A stretch of DNA of 62,405 nucleotides, counting the filler, from Choristocarpus tenellus KU-1152 (Eukaryota; Protista; Phaeophyceae), in assembly GCA_964200185.2 (NCBI GenBank). It is 12 parts of 12 records of this genome, joined end to end, with 100 filler letters (N's around TTAATTAATTAA, not from the genome) between each part and the next. Parts side by side here need not be neighbours in the genome. Positions count along the whole stretch, not along the records: positions 34,529 to 42,308 come from CAXNAD020005588.1; positions 42,409 to 45,464 come from CAXNAD020022631.1; positions 45,565 to 51,796 come from CAXNAD020008618.1; positions 51,897 to 55,815 come from CAXNAD020017146.1; 8 more parts are not named here. The stretch is one strand, 5' to 3'. The translations under genes and the position numbers were made by a program. How positions within the stretch are numbered: the first letter of the stretch is position 1; each line of letters begins with the position of its first letter. Positions 39,663-52,711 of this stretch are shown here, one piece after another. The notes under the pieces are model-generated. The model was not told the DNA's origin. It worked only from the letters and a program-made list of their open reading frames with translations, and did no database searches.

Positions 39663-42408
39663 CCTCTTCTGGCGTACCCTTTCCCACAACCGTAGCCAGG
39701 GCTGTGAAGTCTGCAAAATACCCTTATAAACGAAACGTTTTTAGGTGTAAAACCAGGCTCTCCCTAGAATCTATGAGTGCCTGTGGGTTGGATAATGTGC
39801 AATACCCCAGTAGGAGCACAGGCTACTGAAAGGCTACCTCTTTCAACTGCCACCCACCTCTGAAGTCGTCTCCCCATTTTCAAAAATACAAAGTGGTCAA
39901 CGGTCTATTCCCTAACGCTACCGAAAACACGTATCCCCTAACTTTAAGTTATTCTACAATATTGATAGATTGATTATTTTGATAAAGGTGCTGATAATGA
40001 GGTGTGCGGAATAGACGTCAGCATCATTAGTATAGTTCGACGAGTGATCAACAATCACTGATCATACTTGAAACGCGAAACATTTTTAGACATGTGGAAT
40101 GGATATGCCAAAATAAGGATACTCAGACTATATGTACATTGTGTTGCTTGCAGTCATTACTACTGATCACAGATATACAAAACATAACTGAAGTGTTAGG
40201 GCTGTGCGTATAGTTGGAGTACAACTCTGTGGAACTGTCACCCTATCACTCAGGTATAAAAGAGCCAGGAACACGTGCACTCGACTTTGGAGCTTGGATC
40301 GCGGTCAGGTTCACAGAACCTTGTATCAGACGATGAAGCAATACAGGATGCGATTGCTTGCCTTATGGGTGTTGGGGTGGGTCTTTTGGAGTGAACAGGG
40401 GTTGGCCTGTGTTGACAACACGATATGCTCCTCCTGCCTCGATTCCGAACAATCCAGTGGAGTAGAATGCTCTTGGTGAGATCCCTGGCACATTTCTTGT
40501 TCTCTTGGTGCATGGATAATATGTGTGAGCAACGCTATTAGATGTCTCTCGCAATTGCATGGAGAATATCCACTGAATAATGTGACCATGTGCGTATTTA
40601 TTAAAGTTAAGTCACACAGTGGTCACGTAGTTGCTAAACTCCAAATGGAGCATTACAGTATTCAAACCACATATGATATCCAGAATCGTCCCATGTGTCT
40701 ACCAAGTGAAATAATTGGGTAAAATTGTTGAAAGAATTTGAGTCACAGTACTACACGGTCCCGATTCCTTGGTGACCAGATGCGAGAGTCCTGGTGTTAC
40801 CGTGGAGCTCGTTCTTCAACATTCACATACATATTTTCTTGCTCTTTGGCATGATGCTTAAAGTGAAAATGAGAACAAATTGTACTTCGTATTTTCACAA
40901 TGCCATCTGGTGCGGAAGAGATGTGACAGGAAAACGCATCCCATCTCGTGTGGAGGAGGAAGCTTCGTTCAGGCCCAAGGCTTTCCCATCACGCTATGTA
41001 TCAGATTTTTGCCACATGCCACGTTTCTATCCTTGTCGCACTTCTGGCTCTCGTACGGACAAGGTGCGAGTACACGATGTCCTGCGTTCAGGTCAGGGGG
41101 AATGAACCTACCGAATGCCGGACAGTGGAACCTGCTGTCCCTTGGATAGTGGACAGCGGCAACTGCTCGGAGGTGGAGGAGAGGGATTTTCAGCAGTGCG
41201 AAGGAGCAATACTTCCACAAAGGTCCGGATCTCGGGTGAGTCAGAACAGTATTGTTGCACATAAGAAACTTCTAGCACAAGAAATCCTGTTCATTTTTGC
41301 CACCTTAAATCCTCTCAATTGCTTCTTGTAGGGAAGAGCAAAATCATTTAATGTCTCCATGGTAAGGAAAAAAACATCCAGCCAAGAATGCTATGCAGTG
41401 CTATTAATAGAACATACATCATAGCTTCTTAGTAGCGCGGAGTGGTCGTAGAAACCTCCCTTCTTCGAGAACTATGTATAGGGATCACTGAAATTCGTGT
41501 CCGTGGCTAGGGTGGAGCACAGTACTCTGTGCCTTAGGATACACTCACAGCAAGAATGAAAAAAAAAATGGTTCAGAAAGAAGGTAGTGCATTCATCTCG
41601 TGATCTCTTCGCGATGTAGCCCTTACAACAGATAGAGATAGAGAGAGAAAGAAATAGAAAAGAGCGTGCCAAAATACCTACTGTTGTGTGTGATAATGGA
41701 TGAGTCCACGTTGATTTGATGCAGAGGGCTGTTTCGTATGCAACGAATGTGAGCTCTTCTCTTTTGAACACTTCTCCAAAGACTCGGGCACGGTGGTGTT
41801 GCAGCGGTGAGTGTGGTGTGTTTCTGACTAAGTTCTGACCAAGTGGAAACTTCTGTAGTATCTCTGAGAGCGGTCGTACTACCGAAAATAAATATTTTCC
41901 GTTTTTGGTGCCCAGTGCTTTCTTTTTATTTTAATCCTACTCTTGTCGTGGTGCTGCGGCGTACCTTTATTTCTCTATTTTTTTACTGAAGTGTCACCCT
42001 GGAAGGCGAAAAAAAACTCGAGCGATTCATTCTGTAACTGCCGGGCTGACTGTGGCGGCGGGGAGCTGTTCGGGCGTTCATCATTAAAAGAATAAAAGAA
42101 AAAGTATTTTCCCCACCTACGTTATCCGCCTTGGGGTTTGTTCATCAGGGGATCACAATCGTGATAATCACGATTGTGATGGCAATGATACGCCGCAATC
42201 GAATGAGTCAGGCGCTAGAACTGTCTACGATTCAAATTATTCAAAATCACTCACCCGGAGACTCATGATTTTGTGTTCCACACCAGCGTAAAGGCGTGCG
42301 CGCAGGGGNNNNNNNNNNNNNNNNNNNNNNNNNNNNNNNNNNNNNNNNNNNNTTAATTAATTAANNNNNNNNNNNNNNNNNNNNNNNNNNNNNNNNNNNN
42401 NNNNNNNN

Positions 42409-42475
42409 AATGGCGGCATGAAAAAATTGACCCCAAATGGACAGCCGCCACCCCCCCCCCCAGATACTTTGGGTC
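42409..42475. mobile_element. MITE family Y half copy at contig edge
   Basis: GACCCCAAATGGACAGCCGCCA-C-run-AGATACTTTGGGTC. Confidence 0.85.
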
Positions 42476-42535
42476 TGGTAGAGGATGGGGCACTAAACGT
42501 CGATGGACGCCCCACAAGACTAAACATCCCCTCAC

Positions 42536-45286
42536 CTTGTCTCTTAGTGAAGTACAAACGAGTAGGGTCTGCACCTTTCCCTTCTGCCCAAACACCCCCT
42601 TGCGCTTGCACAGGAACCTGCCTTCTTGCTTCCAGAAGAACACATGACCCTCTCCACATGTTACCACACAACCATCAGACCCAAAGCAACATCCGAGCAC
42701 CTACCCAAGCAAATATAAGTGTCATCAGTGGTATCAGTGGCAAGCGTTGAAGGCGACCATGGCCATGGTAACAAACCACCCCAAGTTCCTTAATTGTCAA
42801 CCACCCCACAGACGAGTCTCCTACCAACGATTCATTCGACCAAGATATCTGAGAACATTAGAAACCCAATGGATGTGGTCTCGGGCTCACCCTCTTTGTC
42901 GTGGAAGAGCCAGTTATATGCAGTGAGCCGTTCTCCCAGTCATAGACACCAAGACACCGCTGCTCATCTTGACCCACACTGGCTAGGAACACGCCATCGT
43001 CACTGAAAGCCTGCACAACCAAGGGTCATGAGCTGTAAAAGTCAGCAGTGAACATGGGATCCAGGCTTTCTGGGTGATGACTCCCAACCACTTGAACAGT
43101 CATGGGGATCCCAAGGAAATTTGTGCAACAATATTTTGTCTTGCCAGTCACTAAATAGATTTTACGCAGGATATTTAGAGCATGTATATTTATATCCCCA
43201 TTATCATTTGCTTCATCAATACATCCAACCGCTTCAACTTACCCCAGCCCTCGAAGCACTTGCTAAATCAATTCAATCAATTTCTTAATCTGAGTCAAAG
43301 TATCTTAGAGGGTAGAGCCGCATCCACTTGGGGGTAAAAATCCAATGTTGCATTTTTGATGCAATTTTGACCAAAGTGTTTGTTAGGAAGTGTTGATACC
43401 CATGTTCTGGTCACACCTTTTCATAACGTATACATTTTATCTACTCTGAAACATTTTGGAGTAGGAATATGTAATAAAAAAACCCATGGCAAGCCAAGCC
43501 CCAAATGGACAAACAGGGCAAAACTCGTACCCTCTAAGATACTTTCACTCATCACCCAAGAAACAGAGAGACGTGTTTCCTGGTCTTACCAGCAGAGACA
43601 CAGCTCTCTCGTGAAAACCACGCAGGACCTTTACCGTCTCCATCGTTGTGGTGTCCCAGACAACAATCTTTGGTTTTACTCCAACCTTAAACGTTTAGGT
43701 AGATATGCGTCGGGTCAGAAGTCGGGGTTAGAGAGGCATCAAAGCTTGATGTTTCTGCGTGAAGAGCGTTAGGTACAAGAAGAAGAAAAAAAAAATCACA
43801 TTCTCGAAAGAAAAAAAAATAACAAAAAAATCCCACCTGTAGGACGAGGACATGCGAAATGAGCATTTCCTACGAGAGTCTCTACCTTGGAAGGCGCAGC
43901 ACTCAACACGGTGTTGTAAGGAGACTAGAGTCAACTGTTGGAAAAAATCCACACGCAATTCGGATCGAAACAGGATCGAGGCAAGGTCGAGACCCAATCG
44001 CTACTACTTCCTGTTGAAGAGGCACTTTGCCAATGCTCGAGACTTTAAGTCACATATGGTGCATCATGCGCATATGTGCTTCAACGTACACATACCACAC
44101 TGGCAATTGAGTGCTGGCGACTGCAGTATCATACTATGAACCACAAAACAGGTGCAAGCGCCATTGCAGCAGAAGGCCCAACACATGCAACAAAACTGAC
44201 ATGGAGCAATCACATCATCTGCTGGTATAATCCTGCCCCACTGCTGCGGGAATACCCTGCCCATTGATACAGAGATTGCTGGCAGTGGCACACATTCAGA
44301 GTCTGCAATTGTGGAACTGGTGAATTGCCTTTCTGTGATGTGTGTGTATCAAAAACTATTACTCCCAATGGAAAAGAATTCTCCCTGAAAGCGCAGGTCA
44401 TAAACTCAAGTATGCTCTGGTTGTACTTCAAATTATGCATTACCAGCATTGAAGTTCCCAGTGCATATGCCTCATAGGCAACGCTTTGTGGCACAGTGAG
44501 AAATTTCTTCAGAGAATAAATGAGCGAGCATTGGCTGCTACATGTGTACGTAATGCTGTATTTCCTGCAACGGAATTCGGCAACGTAGTTTTACAGACCA
44601 CTTGATATGTATTGGTCAAAGTGTAGTAGAACAAAACAGAATTCCTTCTCAGATGATGCCACCGTGGCAGACAAGCTGGGACAATTTGTTGATGTCAAGA
44701 GTTATAATTTTCTCCATCAAAACCCTAACCCTTACTTACCTCTCCAGTGGCTGCAAACTTTCCAGAAGGATGCAGAGCAAAAGACACTATGTCATCAGTG
44801 TGGTCCAGGTTGAAGCGCTGTCGATGCTCAGATCCATTGTATGACACACAAGCACGGCTGGCGGGGTATATCACCTGGGAGTCATTGTCATTAAGAATCT
44901 AGCCCCTTTGCTTTGACCAGGTATATTTCTTATCCACACATGGGAGTTGTTCAATCAATTACCGCCCCTACATTTTTTTGCATAAACAAAATAAAAATAA
45001 CCCCTGAAAATCGAAAAAATACAGCAACTGTATTTTCACCTCCTATCTTCCAGAGTAACCTACTCCCAAGAGGCACTGTGGATAGTGTCCTCGTTGCTGT
45101 ACTACCACTACTACTGCTGCTGCTACTACAGTTATTGATACTTGATACTTGATACTTAATGTTTGATATTTGATACCTCACCTCTCCCACTGCACTGTAG
45201 CGAACATTATTGTGGAAATTGTCGGCAGAGAAACCATAAATCCAATGCAGATGGGCACCCACGTCCGGGGCAGACCTGTCTGGTTT
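42536..45286 (-). CDS. Echinoderm microtubule-associated protein-like (EML5/EML6-type; HELP motif + WD40), internal part; exons 45286-45182, 44874-44740, 43685-43590, 43010-42891, 42700-42536
   Basis: APDVGAHLHWIYGFSADNFHNNVRY (HELP motif), VIYPAS...HRQRFNLDHTDDIVSFALHPSGKFAATGE|VGVKPKIVVWD...GFHERAVSLL|AFSDDGVFLASVGQD...VYDWENG, VTCGEGHVFFW...KRKGVFG. All junctions are GT-AG, phase 0. Confidence 0.93.
43292..43550 (+). mobile_element. MITE family X, complete 259-bp intronic copy, TSD ATCT/ATCA
   Basis: GAGTCAAAGTATCTTAGAGGGTA...TACCCTCTAAGATACTTTCACTC; colinear with the 12180 and 51163 copies. Confidence 0.95.
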
Positions 45287-45403
45287 CTGTGGATTCAGAA
45301 CACCAATGGAAGGAGACAAAAAAGAATGAACAGCACGGGGTGAGACCTTCAGGATGAAAAACCATTGTCCACACAGGGTTCAGTGGAATGAAGACATAGT
45401 CAT

Positions 45404-45464
45404 GAGTGAAAGTATCTTAGAGGGTACAAGTTTTGCCCTGTTTGTCCATTTGGGGCTTGGCTTC
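45404..45464 (-). mobile_element. MITE family X end truncated by contig edge
   Basis: GAGTGAAAGTATCTTAGAGGGTACAAGTTTTGCCCTGTTTGTCCATTTGGGG. Confidence 0.9.
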
Positions 45465-45564
45465 NNNNNNNNNNNNNNNNNNNNNNNNNNNNNNNNNNNN
45501 NNNNNNNNTTAATTAATTAANNNNNNNNNNNNNNNNNNNNNNNNNNNNNNNNNNNNNNNNNNNN

Positions 45565-45704
45565 GGGTGTCCATTTGGGTTAAAATTAGGAAAGTGTACT
45601 TACATTATCCATTGGACATAAGCAACCAAATCACCCCAAAATCACGACATGAAAAAATTGACCCCAAATGGACAGCCGCCACCCCCTCCCAGATACTTTG
45701 GGCC
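45565..45704. mobile_element. MITE family Y, partial copy at contig edge
   Basis: Aligns with the internal and right part of 50118-50294. Confidence 0.85.
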
Positions 45705-45860
45705 CATTGCCTACCTCTCTTTTGGTTGACTACAAGCATATGTGTTTGAGTATCCTCCTTTCTTGGAAGATAATTGCAACCATCAAGTGTATCTACTATA
45801 CTCCTTGATACTCCTTCATATCTCTTCCTGCTACTGGGCGGTTCTGCCTCTCTGAAACAG

Positions 45861-48800
45861 AGTCATTAGAGCACATCCCGATTTGGGGGAAGCTGGGTCC
45901 AAGACAGATGAGACCTTTTCGGATGGTGGCCCGGTAGTAGAGGCCTTGAGAGATGAGGTGGAAGATCTGAAGAAGAGACTTATCAGCACTGAGAAAGAGG
46001 TGAGGCGTGTGACTCTGGGCGTATTTTTTCTACAGAGTAGGGATACATACAAGAAACTCCCAGCCATTTGATTTGTAGAATAAGGCAACTCTGGAGTATT
46101 CGCAGTTTTAAATTCTCAAACACTGGTATCTCTGTTACTGTTCCTCCCTGCCACTTTCCCCTTTCTGAGAAGCTTCACAGCCTCCGGGACTATTGCAATG
46201 AAGCAGAGGAGAAGGCGCGCGCTGCGGAAATCAGGGCCAAGGGCTTTCAATGGGAGAGAGGACAAATTCAGACCCGACTTAAAGAAAATGACATTCAGGT
46301 CTAGATGAGAATAAGGGGAAACAGAAAATGTACTTTCACAGTCATGGCCGTGATGATGGGGGCGGATTTTAGGCCTTCCTAAAGGGAAAGTAGATGTATT
46401 TTTTGTCATGCTTCGTATTCAGAACTAGCGAGTAGCGGGTGGGGTTTAGCCAAAGTTATCATGTGTACTCCGAGTACAAGAATAATGTACTCCATGATTT
46501 CGACTTTAAGTGGGCTTTCATGCAAGGCTTTGTAGGATGTGGTGCTGTTAGAGAAAGGGTAGGGTGGAAGGGCAAAAGACGAAGGCGGTTTAACTCGACG
46601 AAATGCTTTAAATACAAGTATTTCACTTTGCTATATATTGGAATGAATCAAAGCATGTTTGAGGTGTCCAGGGTTACATTTTTAGGATGTTGACAAATAT
46701 ATGGAACTTTAGGAATTTTATACTAAAGTATTTGGGGAATTTTCTAAAATTCCCCGAAACTTTAAGAAATGGAGAAATCAGTGCTCTCAAATTCATCATA
46801 GTACTTCATCCCCAAAAATTGAGGGAATCAAGGAAGAATAAAATTGTGGCTAAAATGCAAAATGGCCAAAACCTTTGCACCTCTCATTTAATTTACAAAA
46901 TACTACTGGTGCTACGACCACCTCTATCACCATCACCATCATCACTACTACTACTTTGAAGTAATATCGAGGGAGGTACTATTCAATATAAAAAACATAT
47001 CTTATGGACTTTCTCGAGTTAGAAAACAAACAAAATGAAGTTGGGATTGTGGGTTTAGGACGGATTTGATGCAGTTGGTTTGAGGTCCTAACTCCACTCC
47101 GCCCGGAACACAAGATATTTTCATTTTAGGCCAAATTTGGAGAAAATTCTTCAGTCCCACAAGTTAGACTGGAGGCATTCAAACTGCTGTAAAATCTGCT
47201 ACAGGTCGATTCATCCCATGAAATACACATGGAATGAAAACTGACATCTTAACGCATCGATCAAGCTATGGAAGCGATCGATTGACATTATGCAGTGAAA
47301 TAGGGCGCATCATTTGTGTAAGGGGAACATTATTGTTTTTGGGGGTATTTTTTTCAAATATATGCATGATTGTTTTACCCGTTCATGATATGAAACCTCC
47401 ACCATTGAAATGCTGATATGCACAGGACTAATAGGATATGTTTTGTGGACTCAAATTGTTTTGGGTGGGAGTGCAGAGCATAAATATAACTGCTTTGATT
47501 ACTCTAAGTATTCTTGGATGTTGCTGGGTCATCTTTTTCTATTCTTCTTAACCACTATTACATACTCAGATTCTTCAGCTTCAATGTTGTCATCGTTACC
47601 ACCTCCCACCACGAGATTCAACTCATAAAACCCCTGCAAAATCTGCGCATCTTCTCCCTCTTCTACAGGATTCGTTGGTCTCGCTAACTTGCCTGTATAT
47701 TTTACCTCATGCGGAACATTGGTGAGGTTGAACGTATCTTCCTTCACTATCTTGTCCTCTGTCTTGATGTGTTTGGCATCTCCCTCTGGGCATAGGCAAC
47801 CAGCTTGCCAGAGTTTGCTGGTTTCTATCCACTCTCAATCCGATCCCAGTTAGGATCACCACGCCACCCTAGCCTTGTCTGATCTTCTCTCACTTGGGCA
47901 ATCATTCTCCCCTTCGCAAATTTTCTCCTGAAGGACCTCCGAGTATTAGCCAGGAACCTGAGGACAAGTACTTCCTCTCTCAACAGTAGGATCTTGATTT
48001 GACCGCTTCTCCACCCGTAGCCCAAGTGCTTCAGGATGGTACCAAGCTGTTGTCTTTGCCCTGGTCCCCAAATCCCAACAACGGAAGGCCATATTTTGCT
48101 GATGAATGCCGTGTAAAGGTGAAGAGTTTCATCCCGCTGAGGTGTGACTTAAGGAGCTTGCACCTCTTATCGGAGTCCAATTGAACAGCCCCCCTCCCAG
48201 CCCCAGAGAGGCAAGAAATCTCCCATTTCTCCTTCCAAGTTTCTCCAATGCAAACGACCTTGTAATATCCCACTCCCACTTATAGATGGACAGTATCCAC
48301 CGGCTCAGCTTGACGCAATATGGTTGTTAGTTACAAACTGGTAGTACAGGATCAGCAGTACATATGCCTGCCACCTCGGCAAGCACCCCTCTGCTGACCA
48401 ATTGGAAATCCTCCATTTGCTCTTTGGCATCAGCTTCCCAAAATTCGTGAGAAAATTGTCTGGCGATGTCCTCCGCTCATTTCTTCCTTGCAGCTGTCAG
48501 GGTATTTGCCTGGTCTTTCCACGCCCCCCCCCTCCAGTTGTGGTGCCCTTGTGTCTGCCAGTGCCTCTGAGGCCAGCCCTCTCGACCTCTTGCTTTTGTT
48601 ATTCGCCTCCCCTTCCTTGGGGCATCAGTAAGTCGAGATTGGCTTTGAGTCACGAAGAGTCCCGAAAAGAATATCACTTGAGGTTGTTCGTGTACTCCTG
48701 TCTTGTTCTCCCTGGCCACCAACTATGGTCTTCTGCACTCTCCTTGTGCGATCTAGAAGAGTACAAAGTCTATCAGGACTTGCAAAAGGCCCACTGACAT

Positions 48801-51060
48801 TTATTTGGGTGCCAACAGCCGAACATTTAGATATAGGAATCAAGTGTTTCACTTTAAGCTGAAATCACAGGCTTTCACCCCATTACACCACATGCAAATA
48901 CGATAAGTATACTGAGACAACTGGAATTAGATCTGACCGAGAGAACAAAATTTCGCAAAAAATGAGGTTTTAAAAGTGCCTAGAAATCGAGATATAAGTC
49001 TTGGCTAGTACTTTCCTCGGTAGTAGTAGTAGTAGTAGTGTTACTGGCGCTGACGGTGCTGCCATATCATGTAAACAAAAATAAAGTAGTACTTTCAAAG
49101 TACTTTGTACTTCTGTCCATTTGTTTTCAAACGAAAAAACATGGTAGCACAGAGTGTTGTTTGTATAGTGTACAACTTCCATCATGAGATTGGAATATAT
49201 TCTTTTACAGAGTTCACTCACCACTCTTACGTGTTTTTTGGACAAATTTCGTTTGGTTGATGCATCTACAATAGGTGCTTGTCCTTGTTGTGATGACAGA
49301 TGTTGCTTGCTTCAGTGGTGTCGAGTCTTTGTTGACTTTTATTTAAATGATATTAGTATGTATCGCAATGCCAACTCAAGATACACTAGTAGGTACATAC
49401 TTCAGTACTTGGTAGTAGAATAATAATAGACAGCGTGTACCTCTTTGAAAAATATACACAGTATAAATGTTGCCTGAAGGTGTATGCTGTTTAGTACTAG
49501 ACTAGAGTCAATGGCAGTCCAATACTATTCTGTCAAACTCTGTTACTTTACGTGCCCCGGATGAATGAACATCACAGGACACTGATGAGCCCGAAATTTA
49601 TGATAGACGGTAGCTGTGTGCTGAGTATGCAGTTGTACTACATTGTACAACTGCAAGTTGGTATTGTAGTAGTTCAATAGTACACACACACGCGCGCACA
49701 CACAAGAACAGATGATTAGGTACGCACAGACGATCAGGTACACATGCACGATCAGTACTCCTTTGCAAAAATATTAATTTTGTGCTACAAGACTGACTAT
49801 CACTGATATTAGAAACATGTGCAAGTACCTGGCATCGACGGTTTCGAAACGTTCATTCTCATGATGAAAACCTTTGTGCTATTACTGACAGAAATGAGGT
49901 CAAGCAGGTTTGCATTGGTCACCTGTTTGAATTCAAGTTATGGCTTTGTTTTCATAACTGGTTTGTCATTTGGTGCCTGAGCAAGCTTCCATATTCTCCA
50001 CTTTAGCCGAGTTTCTTGGAGTCCTTATAGTCTTAGGTTCTTATGGAGGCAATTGACACTAGGATGTTCTCGTCACAAATGGAGGCATACCAGAAACTAC
50101 CCGAAAGGACTAGCAAAGACTCAAAGTGTCTAGGGGGGAAGGGGGTCTACATCATGGTGTCCATTTGGGCCCTGACCAGGAGAAGTGCACTTGCATTATC
50201 TATCCCACACATCCAACCAAATCACCCAAAATTCACAACATGGAAAAATGGACCCTGAATGGACAACTGCCTTCCCCCCCAGATACTTTATCCCAATGTA
50301 GCAATGGCCATTGCTGTATGGCATCTTACATTGTATTGACACAAATGCCAAGGTCTTGTGAGTGATGTATCCTTACGTGACAATAGTAATGAAACACAGG
50401 GTAGAGTGAACAGCCTGGGGGAATATAACATACTACAGAGGCCAGATGCCCTCATTCTCACTGCATCATTTAGTATCTGCGTTTAAGCTGACTAGGGTAC
50501 AACCACCACCACTTCAAGTACATTAAACAGGGACAATATGAAAACATCTTGGGTCTTGATCTACAACACCTAACCGAGGATAGCATGTGCGTTCTGAGAG
50601 ATAGGAAAGTGTGCAATATCAGTTTCCTCTTTTCCTGACAGTGTATATTACACTAAAGCACCAGATTCTTATGGTCCTTCCTCCCTCTGCGATCTTTTGT
50701 TTCCTGGAGTAAGGGATTCTTCATTGAACGGCACTATGTACAGCTTTGTTTCCCCTGTTGAAACACCCCATCTTGACTCTCAATTGAAGTTCTCAATAAT
50801 CCCCGCTCGTTGCATACCTGAATAAGAGTCTCGACATTTTTTACACATTCTTACACGCACAGAACACAAAAAATATTATTAAAGACTTCAATAGCTCAAT
50901 GCATCATTCGAAACCTAAACACATACAACAAACCCTAACCCTAACCCTAACCTAAACAGTTGCAGCGCATGATTGTGGAACAAGGATCTCTGCACCAGGA
51001 GGGAGTTGAAGCAGCAGCAATGCTTCAGAGGGGGGAAGTGCTACTTAAAGAAGTGTTAAG
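45861..51060 (+). CDS. Unknown coiled-coil protein, internal exons 45861-45999, 46173-46298, 50960-51060
   Basis: Each block is open, bounded by AG/GT and joins in phase 0: VEALRDEVEDLKKRLISTEKE|LHSLRDYCNEAEEKARAAE...LKENDIQ|LQRMIVEQGSLHQEG. Heptad-like composition; no family recognised. Confidence 0.65.
47529..48800 (-). pseudogene. Degenerate coding-like remnant inside an intron, probably transposon-derived
   Basis: GC-richer stretch with successive broken minus-strand ORFs and AT-rich flanks; no motif firmly recognised. Confidence 0.3.
50118..50294 (+). mobile_element. MITE family Y, complete ~177-bp copy
   Basis: TIRs GACTCAAAGTGTCTAGGGGGGAAGG / CCTTCCCCCCCAGATACTTTATCCC; internal GTCCATTTGGG and AATGGAC motifs shared with family X; TSD not clean. 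Confidence 0.88.
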
Positions 51061-51162
51061 GTAAGCTCTCTAACACCTAGGATCTAAAAGAAAGTAGCAA
51101 GAACCTATGTATGTTCGTATCCATGTGTAAGGCCAAGGCCAAAAGCATCATGGATATGTTCT

Positions 51163-51421
51163 GAGTCAAAGTATCTTAGAGGGTAGAGTCGCGTCCGTTT
51201 GGGGACCAAAATCTAATGTTGCGATTTTGATGTAATTTTGGCTATCTTGTTCGTTAGTAAGAGTCAATATCCATGTTCCGGACACACCTTTTCATAACAT
51301 ATACATTCTAAGTACTCCGAAACATTTTGGAGTAGGTCAAATGTCATGAAGAACCCGTGAGAAGCTAAGCCCCAAATGGACAAACAGGGCAAAACACGTA
51401 CCCTCTAAGGTACTTTCACTC
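51163..51421 (+). mobile_element. MITE family X, complete 259-bp copy, TSD TTCT
   Basis: GAGTC...CACTC termini; TTCT at 51159-51162 and 51422-51425. Confidence 0.95.
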
Positions 51422-51557
51422 TTCTTCCTCCGACTTTGCAATCACCTTACTTGCTCAAGAGCATATGACGTGTACAGTGAACTTGCTCCTTTTTAGCTCG
51501 ATTAAATAACATTTGTCCCGATTCAACCTGAACAATGTATAAAGCGAACGCATATCC

Positions 51558-51594
51558 GCACGCACACACGCACGCACGCACACACACACGCACG

Positions 51595-51641
<47 letters not shown>
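51558..51641. repeat. (CA)n/(CACG)n microsatellite
   Basis: Direct inspection. Confidence 0.95.
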
Positions 51642-51644
<3 letters not shown>

Positions 51645-51756
51645 TTTGACTGCGTTGTGTTTGCCATAGTACTATCTAGCCACTAACGGGGCATGCACTG
51701 ATCAGAGCATAGTTTCGAAGTGTTGGAGCATATATGCTACTATGCCGTTGTCACTT

Positions 51757-51796
51757 GACTCAAAGTATCTGGGAGGGGGTGGTGGCTGTCCATTTG
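51757..51796. mobile_element. MITE family Y end truncated by contig edge
   Basis: GACTCAAAGTATCTGGGAGGGGGTGGTGGCTGTCCATTTG. Confidence 0.85.
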
Positions 51797-52711
51797 NNNN
51801 NNNNNNNNNNNNNNNNNNNNNNNNNNNNNNNNNNNNNNNNTTAATTAATTAANNNNNNNNNNNNNNNNNNNNNNNNNNNNNNNNNNNNNNNNNNNNCAGT
51901 CAGTGTTGACTGGTGGAACTGTATCGTATCAAGGAAAAAAAAATATGAGTAGCCTATGTTTTAACAGGTACGGTCTAATGATGGTGATTGGGAAGAATTG
52001 AACAAAAGCGAAATGAGTCGCTTCTCCCAAAAAAGATCCAACAGGTAACCACTATACATTCAGAAAGGCAAGGTACGTGAGGACTATCCGATTCATGTAA
52101 GAACACAGGAATCGAACATTGACAGTCCTAGTCCCCACAGAACGTAAGACAGAAACATGAAGTAACCCATATCAGCCCAGGCAGTAGTTTTTATAGGGTG
52201 CTTTAGTTTGTCTTTCCTTTCCTTTTTTTTTCCTTATTTCTTTCTTTCTTTCTTTCTTTTCTTTCTGTCAGCCCTGGTATCCCCGTGCATCCTTACTTTG
52301 CAGTACATTGCTTAAGTTCTTCCTCCTCTGTCCCTTGCCTCCTTTCTTCTGTTCTTCTTTTTCTTTTCTTTTTTTGGTTGAGGCCGACGTTGATGTGATT
52401 GCCTTTTTTACGCTCTAGCAGCCGTCAGTATGCTTCGTGCTGGGGGGCATGAAACAGGCAATAATCAGATGATACTTGGCGCTCTAGGGAAGCTGTACTT
52501 TAGAGAGAGTAAATAGATCCTCATAATATTAGGCTAGATGCAGACAGATTTTTCCCAAGTAAGATAAGGGTAGATGTTGTGGACCTAGTAGGTGTATGCA
52601 ATCTTTTTACTCTTCCTTCTTGCAGGATGATCTGAGGTGATTGATGATATATATTGTCTTCACCAGTAGTGACAATCGCCTGTGGTAAGCGTGAAAAAAT
52701 GTGTTGCTAGT

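Noticed and set aside
40948-41331. ORF with a hydrophobic, signal-peptide-like segment and a GTGAGT donor
   Set aside because: No downstream exon or homology could be established.
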